Shown: one piece after another, positions 27,827-37,732 of the stretch
Layout: each line of letters opens with the position of its first letter
Numbering within the stretch: the first letter of the stretch is position 1
Source of the DNA: a bacterium
Lineage (GTDB): Bacteria; Bacteroidota; Bacteroidia; UKL13-3
Direction: 5' to 3'
DNA length: 64,000 nt
NCBI GenBank assembly: GCA_034439755.1
Contig: JAWXAZ010000122.1
Span: forward strand, 2,117 to 66,116
Translations under genes and position numbers: made by a program
Notes under the pieces: generated by a model
Seen by the model: the letters and a program-made list of their open reading frames with translations, nothing else
What the model was told of the DNA's origin: nothing
Databases searched by the model: none

Positions 27827-27937
27827 GCTACAAAAATACACTTAGATTCCAATTCCCCGCCCTACTTTTTCCACTATATTGATATTAACAAACTATTTTC
27901 TGCCCGATTCACTATAATTGCGTAAAATATTACCACC

Positions 27938-28480
27938 GTGAAAATCACTACCACGCCCATCGAAGGAATTTTAATAATTGAACCTCAAATATTTAAGGAT
28001 AGTAGAGGTTATTTTTTCGAAAGTTACAACCAAGACAAGATGCAGGAAGCGGGCATAAATCTTCAATTTGTGCAAGACAACCAGTCTCTATCTCAAAAAG
28101 GGGCAGTGCGCGGTTTGCATTTTCAAGCGCCACCGTTTGAACAAGGGAAATTGGTGCGTGTGGCCAAAGGAGCGGTGAATGATGTGGTGGTAGATATTCG
28201 AAAAAACTCCCCTACTTATGGCCAAAATTTCACCATAGAACTCAGCGCCGAAAATCAAATGATGTTTTGGATTCCGCCGGGTTTTGCTCATGGTTTTGAA
28301 ACCCTTGAAGACGATACCCTTTTTTTATACAAGTGCACCAATATGTATAGCAAGGTTTCGGAAGGGGGTTTGTTTTGGAACGATCCAAATCTTGGAATAC
28401 AATGGAAAACCATGGAGCCCATTGTGTCTGATAAGGACCAAATTTTGCCATTATTTAAAGACTTTACAAGCCCCTTTTAA
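27938..28480 (+). CDS. rfbC: dTDP-4-dehydrorhamnose 3,5-epimerase
   Basis: GTG start. IEGILIIEP, RGLHFQ and QGKLVRV..G...DVVVDIRKNSPTYG motifs. Confidence 0.9.
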   Translation: MKITTTPIEGILIIEPQIFKDSRGYFFESYNQDKMQEAGINLQFVQDNQSLSQKGAVRGLHFQAPPFEQGKLVRVAKGAVNDVVVDIRKNSPTYGQNFTIELSAENQMMFWIPPGFAHGFETLEDDTLFLYKCTNMYSKVSEGGLFWNDPNLGIQWKTMEPIVSDKDQILPLFKDFTSPF

Positions 28481-28482
28481 GT

Positions 28483-29433
28483 ATGATTGAAAAGCAAATA
28501 GACAACAATGTTCTCGGCTTAATTAATCAGTTGAAGGAGAAATACGAAGCCAATGGTCAAGATTTTAAAGCTTACCTCGAAGGACTAGTGTACCAAGAAT
28601 ATACCAGCTATTGGGATTATGTTCAGATAGATACCTTATTGAGTTTACAGAAGCCAAAAACAAATATTCCGGATGAAGAAATCTTCATCATGTATCACCA
28701 AATTACGGAGCTTTATTTTAAGTTGTCGTTGCATGAGTTAAAGCAATTGTCTGATCGCAAAGGAAATTTAGATGCGGTATTTTTTACCCAACGTTTAAAG
28801 CGAATCAATGCCTATTTTAAGAACCTCACGCATTCTTTCGACATTATGGTGGAAGGCATGGAGAAGGAACAATTTCTTAAATTTAGGATGAGTCTTTTGC
28901 CTGCCAGCGGCTTTCAATCGGCTCAATACAGGAAAATAGAACTTTGCTGCACCAACTTATTGAGCTTGGTAGACAAAGAGCACCGAGGCCAATATTCTAA
29001 TGAGAGCAAACTAGAAGACATGTTTCAATACATTTATTGGAAACATGGCGCAACAGAATCGGGCACAGGCAAAAAAACGCTTACCCTTACCCAATTTGAA
29101 CAAAAATACACAGGCGAACTACTGCGATTGGCGCATGAGTACCAAGATAAAAACATGGCAACGCTTTACGATTCTTTGCCTGTTGCTCACAAAGCAAACC
29201 CGCAATTAATAGCCGAGCTAAGGCAATTGGATCAGAACGTAAATGTAAATTGGCCTTTGGTACACTATAAATCTGCCGTTAAATATTTAGCCAAACAACC
29301 CAGCGATGTTGCCGCTACAGGGGGCACAAATTGGCAGAAATACTTGCCTCCGCGCTTTCAGGTAAGGGTGTTTTTTCCGCAATTGTGGAGTGAACAAGAA
29401 ATAATAGATTGGGGTCGCACTGCGTTTGAATAA
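28483..29433 (+). CDS. kynA: Tryptophan 2,3-dioxygenase family protein
   Basis: YWDYVQIDTLLSLQ and HQITELYFKL are typical of bacterial TDO. 316 aa. Confidence 0.7.
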   Translation: MIEKQIDNNVLGLINQLKEKYEANGQDFKAYLEGLVYQEYTSYWDYVQIDTLLSLQKPKTNIPDEEIFIMYHQITELYFKLSLHELKQLSDRKGNLDAVFFTQRLKRINAYFKNLTHSFDIMVEGMEKEQFLKFRMSLLPASGFQSAQYRKIELCCTNLLSLVDKEHRGQYSNESKLEDMFQYIYWKHGATESGTGKKTLTLTQFEQKYTGELLRLAHEYQDKNMATLYDSLPVAHKANPQLIAELRQLDQNVNVNWPLVHYKSAVKYLAKQPSDVAATGGTNWQKYLPPRFQVRVFFPQLWSEQEIIDWGRTAFE

Positions 29434-29435
29434 AC

Positions 29436-29849
29436 ATGAGAATTATATTTACCATTTTGTTTCTTTTTATTGCCAGCTTTAGCTTTGGGCAAGTTGTTGA
29501 GAAAACCATTTCGGTTGGAGAAAAAATTTATATTTTACCTTGTAAAAAAGGTGCAAAAGAGTTTGTTGCCATGGATGTTTATGCCCGAACCAAACCCTTT
29601 GATAAAAGCAAGATAGACACCTTAACAGGCGAAGGTTTGTTACAAGAGTTTTTTAACGATAAAAGTATTGATGCCAAGCGCTTGCCATGCAGCATGGGTG
29701 GCTATTACTACCGCATTGCAGCCTACCACGAATTTGAGGATAAAGGCACAGTTAAACGCGTTTTATTGTGTTATACAAGCTATCCATTAACCCTTATTTG
29801 GATAGAATTAGACAAGGCAAATGAGTTAGGCGAAATTTCATTTAATTAG
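29436..29849 (+). CDS. Hypothetical secreted protein
   Basis: 137-aa ORF with signal peptide. Confidence 0.5.
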   Translation: MRIIFTILFLFIASFSFGQVVEKTISVGEKIYILPCKKGAKEFVAMDVYARTKPFDKSKIDTLTGEGLLQEFFNDKSIDAKRLPCSMGGYYYRIAAYHEFEDKGTVKRVLLCYTSYPLTLIWIELDKANELGEISFN

Positions 29850-29860
29850 CGGATTAGCAG

Positions 29861-30343
29861 GTGAAGGTAAATGTTTATACAGATGGCTCTGCTAGAGGAA
29901 ATCCGGGCAGGGGCGGCTATGGGGTGGTGATGATAAGTGGGCAGCACCGCAAAGAAATGAGTGCAGGGTTTAGGCATACTACCAATAACCGCATGGAGTT
30001 ATTGGCTGTAATTGTGGCCATTGAATCCATGAAATTACCTAACCTTCATATTACGGTTTACACCGATAGCAAATATGTGTGCGAAGCGGTTGAAAAAAAA
30101 TGGGTTTTTGCTTGGGCTCAAAAAGGCTTTATAGGCAAAAAAAATCCCGATTTATGGCGCAGGTTATTGGCCTTATATCCTAAACACCAAATTCAATTTA
30201 AGTGGATAAAAGGCCATGCCGGACATGCCTTGAACGAGCGTTGCGATCAATTGGCAACCGAGGCAGCAGATGGAGGCAATTTGCAGGTGGATACTTGGTA
30301 TGAAAACGAAAATAAAGAAAAGGGCTTGGGTTTTCCTGCGTAA
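29861..30343 (+). CDS. rnhA: Ribonuclease HI
   Basis: GTG start. VYTDGSARGNPG, NNRMEL, TDSKY and GHAGHALNERCDQLA (DEDD catalytic residues). Confidence 0.9.
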   Translation: MKVNVYTDGSARGNPGRGGYGVVMISGQHRKEMSAGFRHTTNNRMELLAVIVAIESMKLPNLHITVYTDSKYVCEAVEKKWVFAWAQKGFIGKKNPDLWRRLLALYPKHQIQFKWIKGHAGHALNERCDQLATEAADGGNLQVDTWYENENKEKGLGFPA

Positions 30344-30420
30344 GTGGGGATTGGTGCCAGCATTGAGGTTGTGGCAATTTGACTCTAATTTGTGTCATTT
30401 TTTTCTTTGCGAAAATTTGT

Positions 30421-30428
30421 TATCTTTG
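30421..30428 (+). promoter_or_regulatory. Candidate -7 box (TATCTTTG)
   Basis: TAnnTTTG match 23 nt upstream of ATG 30452. Supports the shorter start for the USP gene. Confidence 0.45.
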
Positions 30429-30451
30429 TTATATATAAAACACCACGTACC

Positions 30452-31291
30452 ATGTTGAAAATACTGGTTCCTACCGACTATTCGCCCGAGGCAAAAAACG
30501 CTTGTTTATATGCCTATCATTTTGCTCTGTTTACCAATAGCACTTTGGTCTTGTACCATGCCATTCCAGCAGTTATGGCGGTTACCGACATTCCCTACGA
30601 GAATTATTATTTAGACGAAGTAGAGGAAAAAGATTTGTTGCTGAGTGCATTTCAACAGCTCCTTGTAGAAAACGATTTGCACCCAAACGCCATACAAATA
30701 GAAGCCCATGTTGATTTGCAAAACGTAATTTCTTATGGCATCAAAAATGCATGTGAAATACACCAATGCGACCTTATTATTTTGGGTACTCATGGTGCCA
30801 GCGGTTTTAGAAAAATATTCTTAGGAAGCAATACGGCTCAATTGATTTCGGAAGCCAAAACCCCTGTCATTGCTGTACCTAAAGCATATCGGTTCGAACC
30901 GATTTATCATTTAATCTATGCTTCTGATTTAGAAAATCTGGAGGAAGAGTTGGGTATTTTGGTGCCTTTTGCAGAGGTCTTTCATGCAGCACTTGAAATA
31001 TTTTATTTTGATTATGCTGGTCCAGAAAGTGAGCAGCTAATTTTAGATGCAGAGCAGTTCATTTTTGAACACATGTATAAAAATATTAAGCTCAATATTA
31101 AAAAGGGAAGCATCCATTTGTCCATTGCAGAAAACTTAAAAAGGCAAATCAATACCAACAATACGCAAATGCTGGTTATGGTGCGTGCAGAACACAGCTG
31201 GATTCAAAAATTGATGCTAAGTAGCAACTCCCAAAAAATGGTTTTAGACCCAGGACTTCCAATTTTGGTCTTACATAAAACTGCCAATTAA
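30452..31291 (+). CDS. Universal stress protein, tandem USP domains
   Basis: MLKILVPTDYS...IILGTHGASG. The start was moved to ATG 30452, in frame with the ORF-track start at 30392. Confidence 0.75.
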   Translation: MLKILVPTDYSPEAKNACLYAYHFALFTNSTLVLYHAIPAVMAVTDIPYENYYLDEVEEKDLLLSAFQQLLVENDLHPNAIQIEAHVDLQNVISYGIKNACEIHQCDLIILGTHGASGFRKIFLGSNTAQLISEAKTPVIAVPKAYRFEPIYHLIYASDLENLEEELGILVPFAEVFHAALEIFYFDYAGPESEQLILDAEQFIFEHMYKNIKLNIKKGSIHLSIAENLKRQINTNNTQMLVMVRAEHSWIQKLMLSSNSQKMVLDPGLPILVLHKTAN

Positions 31292-31364
31292 TTATATTCG
31301 CCGGCACTCATAAATCAGCCTATTAGGCTGTTTTCTTAACAATAATTACGCTCGGCATTGCCAA

Positions 31365-32231
31365 TTAAACTGCTTTCTGCAAAAATTGAAGGATGCGCGC
31401 ATTTACCTTATCGGCCGATTCTATTTGAACAAAATGTCCGCTATGGGGAATCAATTCAAGTTCGCAATTTGGGATTAATGCCGCGGCTTTTTTAGCCAAT
31501 TTCTCTGTGGTTTCTGATACGTGCATAAGCTTGTTTGGTATAAAAGCATCGTGCTTGCCAAAAATAATTAAGCTAGGTTGCATCAGCTCTTTGAGGAAAG
31601 GAACCACTTGCTCATCTAACATGGCTTCAATGTTTTTTTGCACCATTTTTCGCCAATACTTTCCACTTTCGCCACTCATTAATTTATGCAAATCGCTAAT
31701 GATGTGCTTGGCATCTTTTTTTTGTTCGTTGTAATAACTGTTCTGAATGGCTGCCTCTAAACTCATGGCATCGCCATACATTAATGCACCCAAACTCAAC
31801 ATACTTTTCATAATGGTTTTTTCAAAATCAGAATAAAACTCCAAGCCACTTGCACCCAATAACACCAAGCGATCAACCAATTGCGGATAGCGCAAGGCTA
31901 TTAACAAAGAAACGTGTCCGCCCATGCTATGTCCCACCAAAACCACCTTGCTTAAATTCATTTCTTGAATAAAACGTGCCACACTTTCGGCATAAAAAAT
32001 TAAGGTAAAAGGATAATCGCCACGCGACGATAAACCATTGCCGGGCAGGTCTATGGCCACACAGCGTGCATGGTCTTTTAAGAAATCTATATTGTGTTTA
32101 AAAACCGGAATATAATTGGCAAGTCCATGAATAAACAGCAGGGTATATTGGCCACTGCCTTCATCGCAATAGGCAATTTCTATATTTGAACCTATATTGC
32201 ACTGCTTTACTGGGTAAGGATATTTGATCAT
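31365..32231 (-). CDS. Alpha/beta-fold hydrolase
   Basis: HG oxyanion motif (FIHGLAN), nucleophile elbow GHSMGG, C-terminal His (HSGHF). Confidence 0.8.
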   Translation of the reverse strand: MIKYPYPVKQCNIGSNIEIAYCDEGSGQYTLLFIHGLANYIPVFKHNIDFLKDHARCVAIDLPGNGLSSRGDYPFTLIFYAESVARFIQEMNLSKVVLVGHSMGGHVSLLIALRYPQLVDRLVLLGASGLEFYSDFEKTIMKSMLSLGALMYGDAMSLEAAIQNSYYNEQKKDAKHIISDLHKLMSGESGKYWRKMVQKNIEAMLDEQVVPFLKELMQPSLIIFGKHDAFIPNKLMHVSETTEKLAKKAAALIPNCELELIPHSGHFVQIESADKVNARILQFLQKAV

Positions 32232-32257
32232 TTGTAGGGCGAGTATAAAGCTTATAT

Positions 32258-33226
32258 TTGAAGAAAAATCTGACTTTGCAAAAAAAGATTCTCATTCTAC
32301 GTTTTAGTTCTATTGGCGACATTGTATTAACCACGCCTGTAGTGCGTTGTCTTAAACAGCAATTGGGAAATATTGAATTGCATTACTTAAGCAAAGCGGC
32401 CTTTGCTCCTATTTTAGCCAGCAATCCATATATTGATAAAATTATAGTATTAGATAAACATCCCATTCAAATGGGACTTTTTCTAAGGCAAGAAAAGTAT
32501 GATTTGGTGATAGACTTGCACCACAATTTGCGCACGGCTATGATAAAGGCAGCATTAGGCGTGGAGGCGCATTCTTTTCCTAAGCTAAACATAGAAAAGT
32601 TTTTGATGGTTAACTTTAAAATTAACCAGCTACCACCCCTTCATATTGTGGATAGATACCTATCTACCACCAAGCATTTGGGCGTGGTGAATGATGCTAT
32701 GGGATTAGATTATTTTATCCCAAAGGAAGATGAGTTGGAGAATTTGTTTGGGTTCAAACCGAAAGAAAAAGAATACTATACTTGGGCAATTGGTGCGCAA
32801 CATTTTACCAAGCGTTTGCCCAATGATAGGATTATTGAAAAGGCCAAAAAATTATCGCATCCTGTGGTGTTGTTAGGAGGCAAAGAAGATGTTGTTAATG
32901 CGGCAGAAATTGAGGCAGCTTTGGGCCAAAATTGCGTAAATTTCTGCGGTAAAATTAGCCTGAACCAATCGGCTTGGTTGGTAAAAAATAGCTTGCATTT
33001 ATTCACCAACGATACGGGTTTGATGCACATTGCGGCCGCTTTAAAAGTGCCTACAACTTCCTTTTGGGGCAATACCTTGCCGGCCTTTGGCATGACACCC
33101 TATTATGGCAAGCATAACATTGCGCATGATATCGTTGAAAACAACAATTTACCTTGTCGCCCATGCAGCAAAATTGGCTATCAAAAATGTCCGAAAGGTC
33201 ACTTTAATTGTATGAATAATCTTTAG
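32258..33226 (+). CDS. Glycosyltransferase family 9 (heptosyltransferase-like)
   Basis: ILILRFSSIGDIVLTTP N-terminus and TNDTGLMHIAAAL motif. Non-ATG (TTG) start per the ORF track. Confidence 0.75.
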   Translation: MKKNLTLQKKILILRFSSIGDIVLTTPVVRCLKQQLGNIELHYLSKAAFAPILASNPYIDKIIVLDKHPIQMGLFLRQEKYDLVIDLHHNLRTAMIKAALGVEAHSFPKLNIEKFLMVNFKINQLPPLHIVDRYLSTTKHLGVVNDAMGLDYFIPKEDELENLFGFKPKEKEYYTWAIGAQHFTKRLPNDRIIEKAKKLSHPVVLLGGKEDVVNAAEIEAALGQNCVNFCGKISLNQSAWLVKNSLHLFTNDTGLMHIAAALKVPTTSFWGNTLPAFGMTPYYGKHNIAHDIVENNNLPCRPCSKIGYQKCPKGHFNCMNNL

Positions 33227-33303
33227 AAGAAAAAGGTTTTAAGCAGGTGCATTTATCTAATGACATGCTTTAACACAACTTAATACGCATCTATAAAAAA
33301 TCC

Positions 33304-34506
33304 TTAATCAATATAGTCTTGCAGGTAGGCAAATTTTTCCATCAATTTTCCTCCAGAGGCAATGGTAGCATGTTCAATAATTTGCTCTTCGTCTGCATCT
33401 AATAAACAAGGCAAAACGTGTCGAACCAACTGCTCGCCAAACTCTATACTGGCATCGAAAGGCAGCTCGCAAGGCAGATTAGACACCGCTTGCACGTCTA
33501 CCACATTGGGTTGAAAAGGCGCCACCTCTTTCTCTGAATACACATTGTAACCATAGAAAGGATTGAGTATGGTAGAGCTTCTAATGGTGCTAGGCACCGG
33601 ACCCGGAATATCGCAGGTTATATCAGAAATTATTTTGATTCTAAAATCGCTGTTTTTAATTTCTTCGTGCGTAAAAAATGGCTCAATTCCTGGTTTCCAA
33701 AACACGGCATTAATCATGATATCAGCTCGCTTGGCATACAAACCAAAACACGATTTATAATCTTCGGGATGCTTGTAAAAATCAGACTTATCCCAGTTGC
33801 GTCCATCTTTGCGTTCGTAATAATCTTCGCTGCGCAAGTGCACAAAAATAGGACGGTTATAATCGTCTTCTAAAAACTCTTGCTGACTAACCTGGTGTAT
33901 TTTTAATTTCCTTAAAAACTCAATGCTGCCGTGTGCTACGCGGCCATCGCCGCAAACAACTATACGTATAGGCGGAATTTTTAAGCCTTTATATTGGTTC
34001 AGCAATTCCTCATAATTCTTTAATTCATTAGCAGGTTTAAGTGTGTAGTAAGCATATTTTTTGCCCAACATTAACAAGGCATAATGCGTACCCACAATTC
34101 CGGCAAATCGGCCAAATCCGATAATTCTGTTGCCTGCATCCCACACCAAGGTTTCGTAATCTACCAAGGTAATATTTTTGGCAATAATGGCCCTCAACAA
34201 GCCACGGTTGTGCGCTTGCTTTTTGATGGTATGCGAGAAAAATAAATACGTTTTATTGGGAATTAATTGATCGATGGGCACTTCTTTTACCCCCAATAAA
34301 ATATCACATTCGCTTAAATCTTCCTTCAATTCTATGCCCGCTGCCAAGTATTCTTCGTCAGAAAAACACCTAAAAGGCGAGGGCTGAACCAAGACTTTTG
34401 TATCTGGAAAATACTTATGTAATTCAATGCAATGCTCCGGTGTAAGCGGCGTGCGCAAGTCCTCTGGCTTTTTGCCTTCTCTTACTATCCCAATTATTTT
34501 TGCCAT
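33304..34506 (-). CDS. Alanine dehydrogenase/PNT-fold oxidoreductase, saccharopine dehydrogenase (lysine-forming)-like
   Basis: REGKKPEDLRTPLTP, VLVQPSPFRCFSDEEY, ILLGVKEV and FFSHTIKKQAHN resemble the lysine-ketoglutarate reductase type N-terminal domain. Confidence 0.65.
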   Translation of the reverse strand: MAKIIGIVREGKKPEDLRTPLTPEHCIELHKYFPDTKVLVQPSPFRCFSDEEYLAAGIELKEDLSECDILLGVKEVPIDQLIPNKTYLFFSHTIKKQAHNRGLLRAIIAKNITLVDYETLVWDAGNRIIGFGRFAGIVGTHYALLMLGKKYAYYTLKPANELKNYEELLNQYKGLKIPPIRIVVCGDGRVAHGSIEFLRKLKIHQVSQQEFLEDDYNRPIFVHLRSEDYYERKDGRNWDKSDFYKHPEDYKSCFGLYAKRADIMINAVFWKPGIEPFFTHEEIKNSDFRIKIISDITCDIPGPVPSTIRSSTILNPFYGYNVYSEKEVAPFQPNVVDVQAVSNLPCELPFDASIEFGEQLVRHVLPCLLDADEEQIIEHATIASGGKLMEKFAYLQDYID

Positions 34507-34511
34507 AATTC

Positions 34512-36440
34512 TTAGTGTAAAATTACTGCCCCAATTTTATGAGAGAGTATTTGTTGCTTTTCCTTTAGCAGCTTATACACTTCCATATTTAAGTGCAGGT
34601 CTTGTTCCAAATTATTATCTTGAGCGTCTTTTAATTCTTGCTGAACTTGATCCAATAATTTATTTAATTGATGTTTTTCTAAATACAACAAAGCAGAGGT
34701 AATATCCTTCATAAAAATATCATCTGGATCTTCCATAATAATGTCGTACTTACTAACCCAACGTTTGCTCATTTCATGCATCACCGTAAGCAGACCAGCC
34801 GCGGCAGAAGAAATAATTGGGTTTACATGTTGGGTAAAAGTTTGGGCGTTAAATTCCTCTTCTTTTACCAAATAAGCCTTAAATTCGTTTAACAACAAAC
34901 GCATCACTTCGTGCTCAAAAACTACCTCATCGGCATCCATTTTCTGAACTATAAAATCGGCAATATTTCTATACCCTTCTGCGGGCTTATGTCCGTGTAA
35001 AATCAATAACTTTATTACATACTGCTCCTGGTCGTACCGCGGCGAATCCAGCATGATTTGCGCCAGTTCTTCCTCGTGTGGCACATCCCTTGGTTCAGCA
35101 CTAATCCATTCTTTTTCTTTGGCTGTTAAGAACCCATTTCTACTTTTATTTAACTCGGTAATGAGCAATTGCTCATTCATATCTAGCAAGGCCGCACACT
35201 CACGTATAAACGCCATGCGCTTAATGCCATCCGGAATCTTGCTAATGCTTTCTACAATATCGCGGGTAACTTGCGCTTTCTTTAGAGGATCATGTGCTGC
35301 ATCTTGCAACAAAAGGTTGACCTTAAACAAGATAAAATCGCGGGTTTCTTTAACCAAATATTGTTGAAAGGCCTCTGCTCCTACTTTCTTTGAATATGAA
35401 TCTGGATCGTTGCCATCTGGGAACAGCAACACCTTAACATTTAACCCTTGCTCCAACAACATATCAATACCGCGCAAACTGGCTTTAATACCCGCTGCGT
35501 CGCCATCGTATAAAACAGTTACATTGTCGGTATGCCGCTTAATAAGCCTAATTTGATTTTCTGTTAAAGAAGTACCACTAGAGGCCACCACATTTTCTAC
35601 CCCAGATTGATGCATAGAAATTACATCGGTATAACCCTCCACCAAATACACAAAATCGTTTTGCCTAATGGCATTTTTGGCAAAAAACAACCCATATAAT
35701 TCATTGCTTTTATGATACAGCAAGGTCTCTGGCGAGTTCACATATTTGGCACTCTTCTCATCCTTTTTTAGCTGCCTGCCAGCAAAGGCAATTACCTTTC
35801 CGGTTGCGCCATGAATTACAAACATCACCCGGCCGCGGTAGGCATCATACAGCTTTCCTTGGTCGTTTTGTTTAACCAATCCGCCCTTTACCAGAAGCTC
35901 AGAATTATATTGCTTATTAAGCGCCTCGTTGGTAAAGTGATCCCAACTATCGTGGCTATAACCCAACTTAAACTTTTTAATAATATCGGTTCTAAATCCA
36001 CGCTCTTCGAAATAAGAAAGGCCAATGTTTTTTCCCTCCTCACTCTCCCACAATTCTTGTTCAAAATAATCGGCCACCCAATTGTTTAGAATTTGCAAAC
36101 TCTCTTTTTCTGAACGCAATGCACGCTCTTGGTCTATGTTTACATTCTCCTGCTGTGGCCAGTCGATGCGATAGCGTTCAGCCAAATTTTTGAGCGCCTC
36201 AATATAACCGAGGTTATCGTGCTCCATGATAAAATTAACCGCATTGCCGGCCTTTCCACAACCAAAGCACTTATAAATACCCTTGGCTGGTGAAACAGAA
36301 AAAGAGGGCGTTTTTTCATTGTGAAACGGACACAAGCCACTGAGGTTTGCTCCCCGCCTTTTTAGTCGCACAACATCGCTCACCACCTCCTCAATATTGG
36401 CCGCGTTTAATATTTCTTCTATTTTACTTTGTGGTATCAA
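34512..36440 (-). CDS. dnaG: DNA primase
   Basis: Zinc ribbon CPFHNEKTPSFSVSPAKGIYKCFGCGKAGN and a TOPRIM region (LVEGYTDV...LYDGDAAG). Confidence 0.92.
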   Translation of the reverse strand: MIPQSKIEEILNAANIEEVVSDVVRLKRRGANLSGLCPFHNEKTPSFSVSPAKGIYKCFGCGKAGNAVNFIMEHDNLGYIEALKNLAERYRIDWPQQENVNIDQERALRSEKESLQILNNWVADYFEQELWESEEGKNIGLSYFEERGFRTDIIKKFKLGYSHDSWDHFTNEALNKQYNSELLVKGGLVKQNDQGKLYDAYRGRVMFVIHGATGKVIAFAGRQLKKDEKSAKYVNSPETLLYHKSNELYGLFFAKNAIRQNDFVYLVEGYTDVISMHQSGVENVVASSGTSLTENQIRLIKRHTDNVTVLYDGDAAGIKASLRGIDMLLEQGLNVKVLLFPDGNDPDSYSKKVGAEAFQQYLVKETRDFILFKVNLLLQDAAHDPLKKAQVTRDIVESISKIPDGIKRMAFIRECAALLDMNEQLLITELNKSRNGFLTAKEKEWISAEPRDVPHEEELAQIMLDSPRYDQEQYVIKLLILHGHKPAEGYRNIADFIVQKMDADEVVFEHEVMRLLLNEFKAYLVKEEEFNAQTFTQHVNPIISSAAAGLLTVMHEMSKRWVSKYDIIMEDPDDIFMKDITSALLYLEKHQLNKLLDQVQQELKDAQDNNLEQDLHLNMEVYKLLKEKQQILSHKIGAVILH

Positions 36441-36553
36441 ATGGTGCCGAAGATAGTATTTTTTGAGATAGGCTTAAAACATAAAAATAGCGTTTTTCCA
36501 ATTCGTAAAAAATTGCCGATTTTTTCTCTTTAACTAAAATTGTAATTTTGAGC

Positions 36554-37226
36554 ATGCACAAGTTACAAGTAAGAACCGTTAATCTAACCCGGTACGTTAG
36601 CCCCCTGCGGGAGGGAGGTTCTATGCCTCATTTGGCAGAGGCCGATGACGGTTTTTTGTATGTGGTAAAATTTAGAGGAAGCTTTTGGCCGAACCGAAGG
36701 CGATGAAGAAATTCAGGATTTACTTAAAGCAAGCACCGGCCTTAATTTGGCCTTGCATTTTTTTTCAGGCTCAATCAGCTACGACCCCTTGGTGGGCGCT
36801 GTGGATACCTTGTTGGCCTCACAAATTGGTTGGCTCAATAACCTGCTTATGAACATGGACCGCGCAGTGCGTAGTACCAATATGCTCATGTGGAACAAAG
36901 AACTTTGGTTAATAGACCACGGTGCAGCCTTATATTTTCATCATGCTGACAATATTTGGGATCAGAAAGCAAGCCAAAATTTCGGTTTGATCCAAAAACA
37001 TGTTTTACTGCAACTAGCCACCCGCATGGCCGAGGCACATGAAATTGGCAGGATTGCGCTTACAGAAGAAAAAATAAAAGTCATTACCGCATTAATTTCA
37101 GGTGCCTGAATTGAGAGCGATTTAATTTATCCCAGCATAGCAGAACAGCGCAATGCCTATACACAATATTTGGTTCAGCGCATTCACCAATTTGGCCACA
37201 TTTTAAAGGAGGTAGGCCATGGATAA
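36554..37226 (+). pseudogene. Decayed HipA-like (PI3/4-kinase-fold) kinase gene that normally partners DUF3037
   Basis: ATG 36554 reads 50 codons (..DDGFLYVVKFRG..) to TGA 36704. The continuation (EAFGRTEGDEE...NMDRAVRSTNMLMWNKELWLIDHGAALYFHH) is in another frame that opens only at 36669. An in-frame TGA lies at 37107-37109, and the frame then runs to TAA 37224-37226, overlapping the next ATG. Confidence 0.6.
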
Positions 37227-37599
37227 TTACCTGTTTGAGTATGCTGTTATTCGCTTTATGCCAAAAGTAGAACGCCAAGAATTCATCAATGTAGGCGTAA
37301 TTTTATTTTGCAAAGACTTGGGTTATTTGCAACTTAAATACCATTAGCATGCCCATAAAATTTTGGCCTTAGCACCACAATTTGAGGTGGCAGAAATTGA
37401 ACAAAATTTACTGGCCTTTCATAAAATTTGTATAGGAGAAACCAGCGGTGGACCAATTGGAGAACTGTCATCTGCCGAACGATTTCGTTGGCTCACAGCC
37501 ACCCGCAGCAACATTCTTCAAAGCTCCAAAGTGCATCCAGGTCTTTGCAAAAATCCAGCATTAGCACTCGAGAAATTGTTTTTAGATTTGGCAGGATGA
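37219..37599 (+). pseudogene. DUF3037-family gene with in-frame TAG
   Basis: MDNYLFEYAVIRFMPKVEREEFINVGVILFCK matches my recollection of the DUF3037 N-terminus. TAG at 37345-37347 interrupts an otherwise open 127-codon frame. Confidence 0.6.
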
Positions 37600-37670
37600 G
37601 GTTGAAGAAAAAAGCTCAAAAATGGCGTGTAATTTTTTGTGTTGGTTCTAGTTTTTTTTGGCATAAACTG

Positions 37671-37728
37671 GCTAAAATATTAGCTATTTTACATCAAAAT
37701 GGGTATATTTGTTTAATATATTAGCTAA
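37671..37728 (+). promoter_or_regulatory. Candidate HipB operator half-sites (GCTAA-N4-TTAGC and TTAGCTAA) flanking the hipB promoter
   Basis: GCTAAAATATTAGC at 37671-37684 and the perfect 8-bp palindrome TTAGCTAA at 37721-37728 bracket the -7 box. Confidence 0.3.
37704..37711 (+). promoter_or_regulatory. Candidate -7 box (TATATTTG) for hipBA
   Basis: TAnnTTTG match 21 nt upstream of ATG 37733. Confidence 0.45.
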
Positions 37729-37732
37729 AAAT

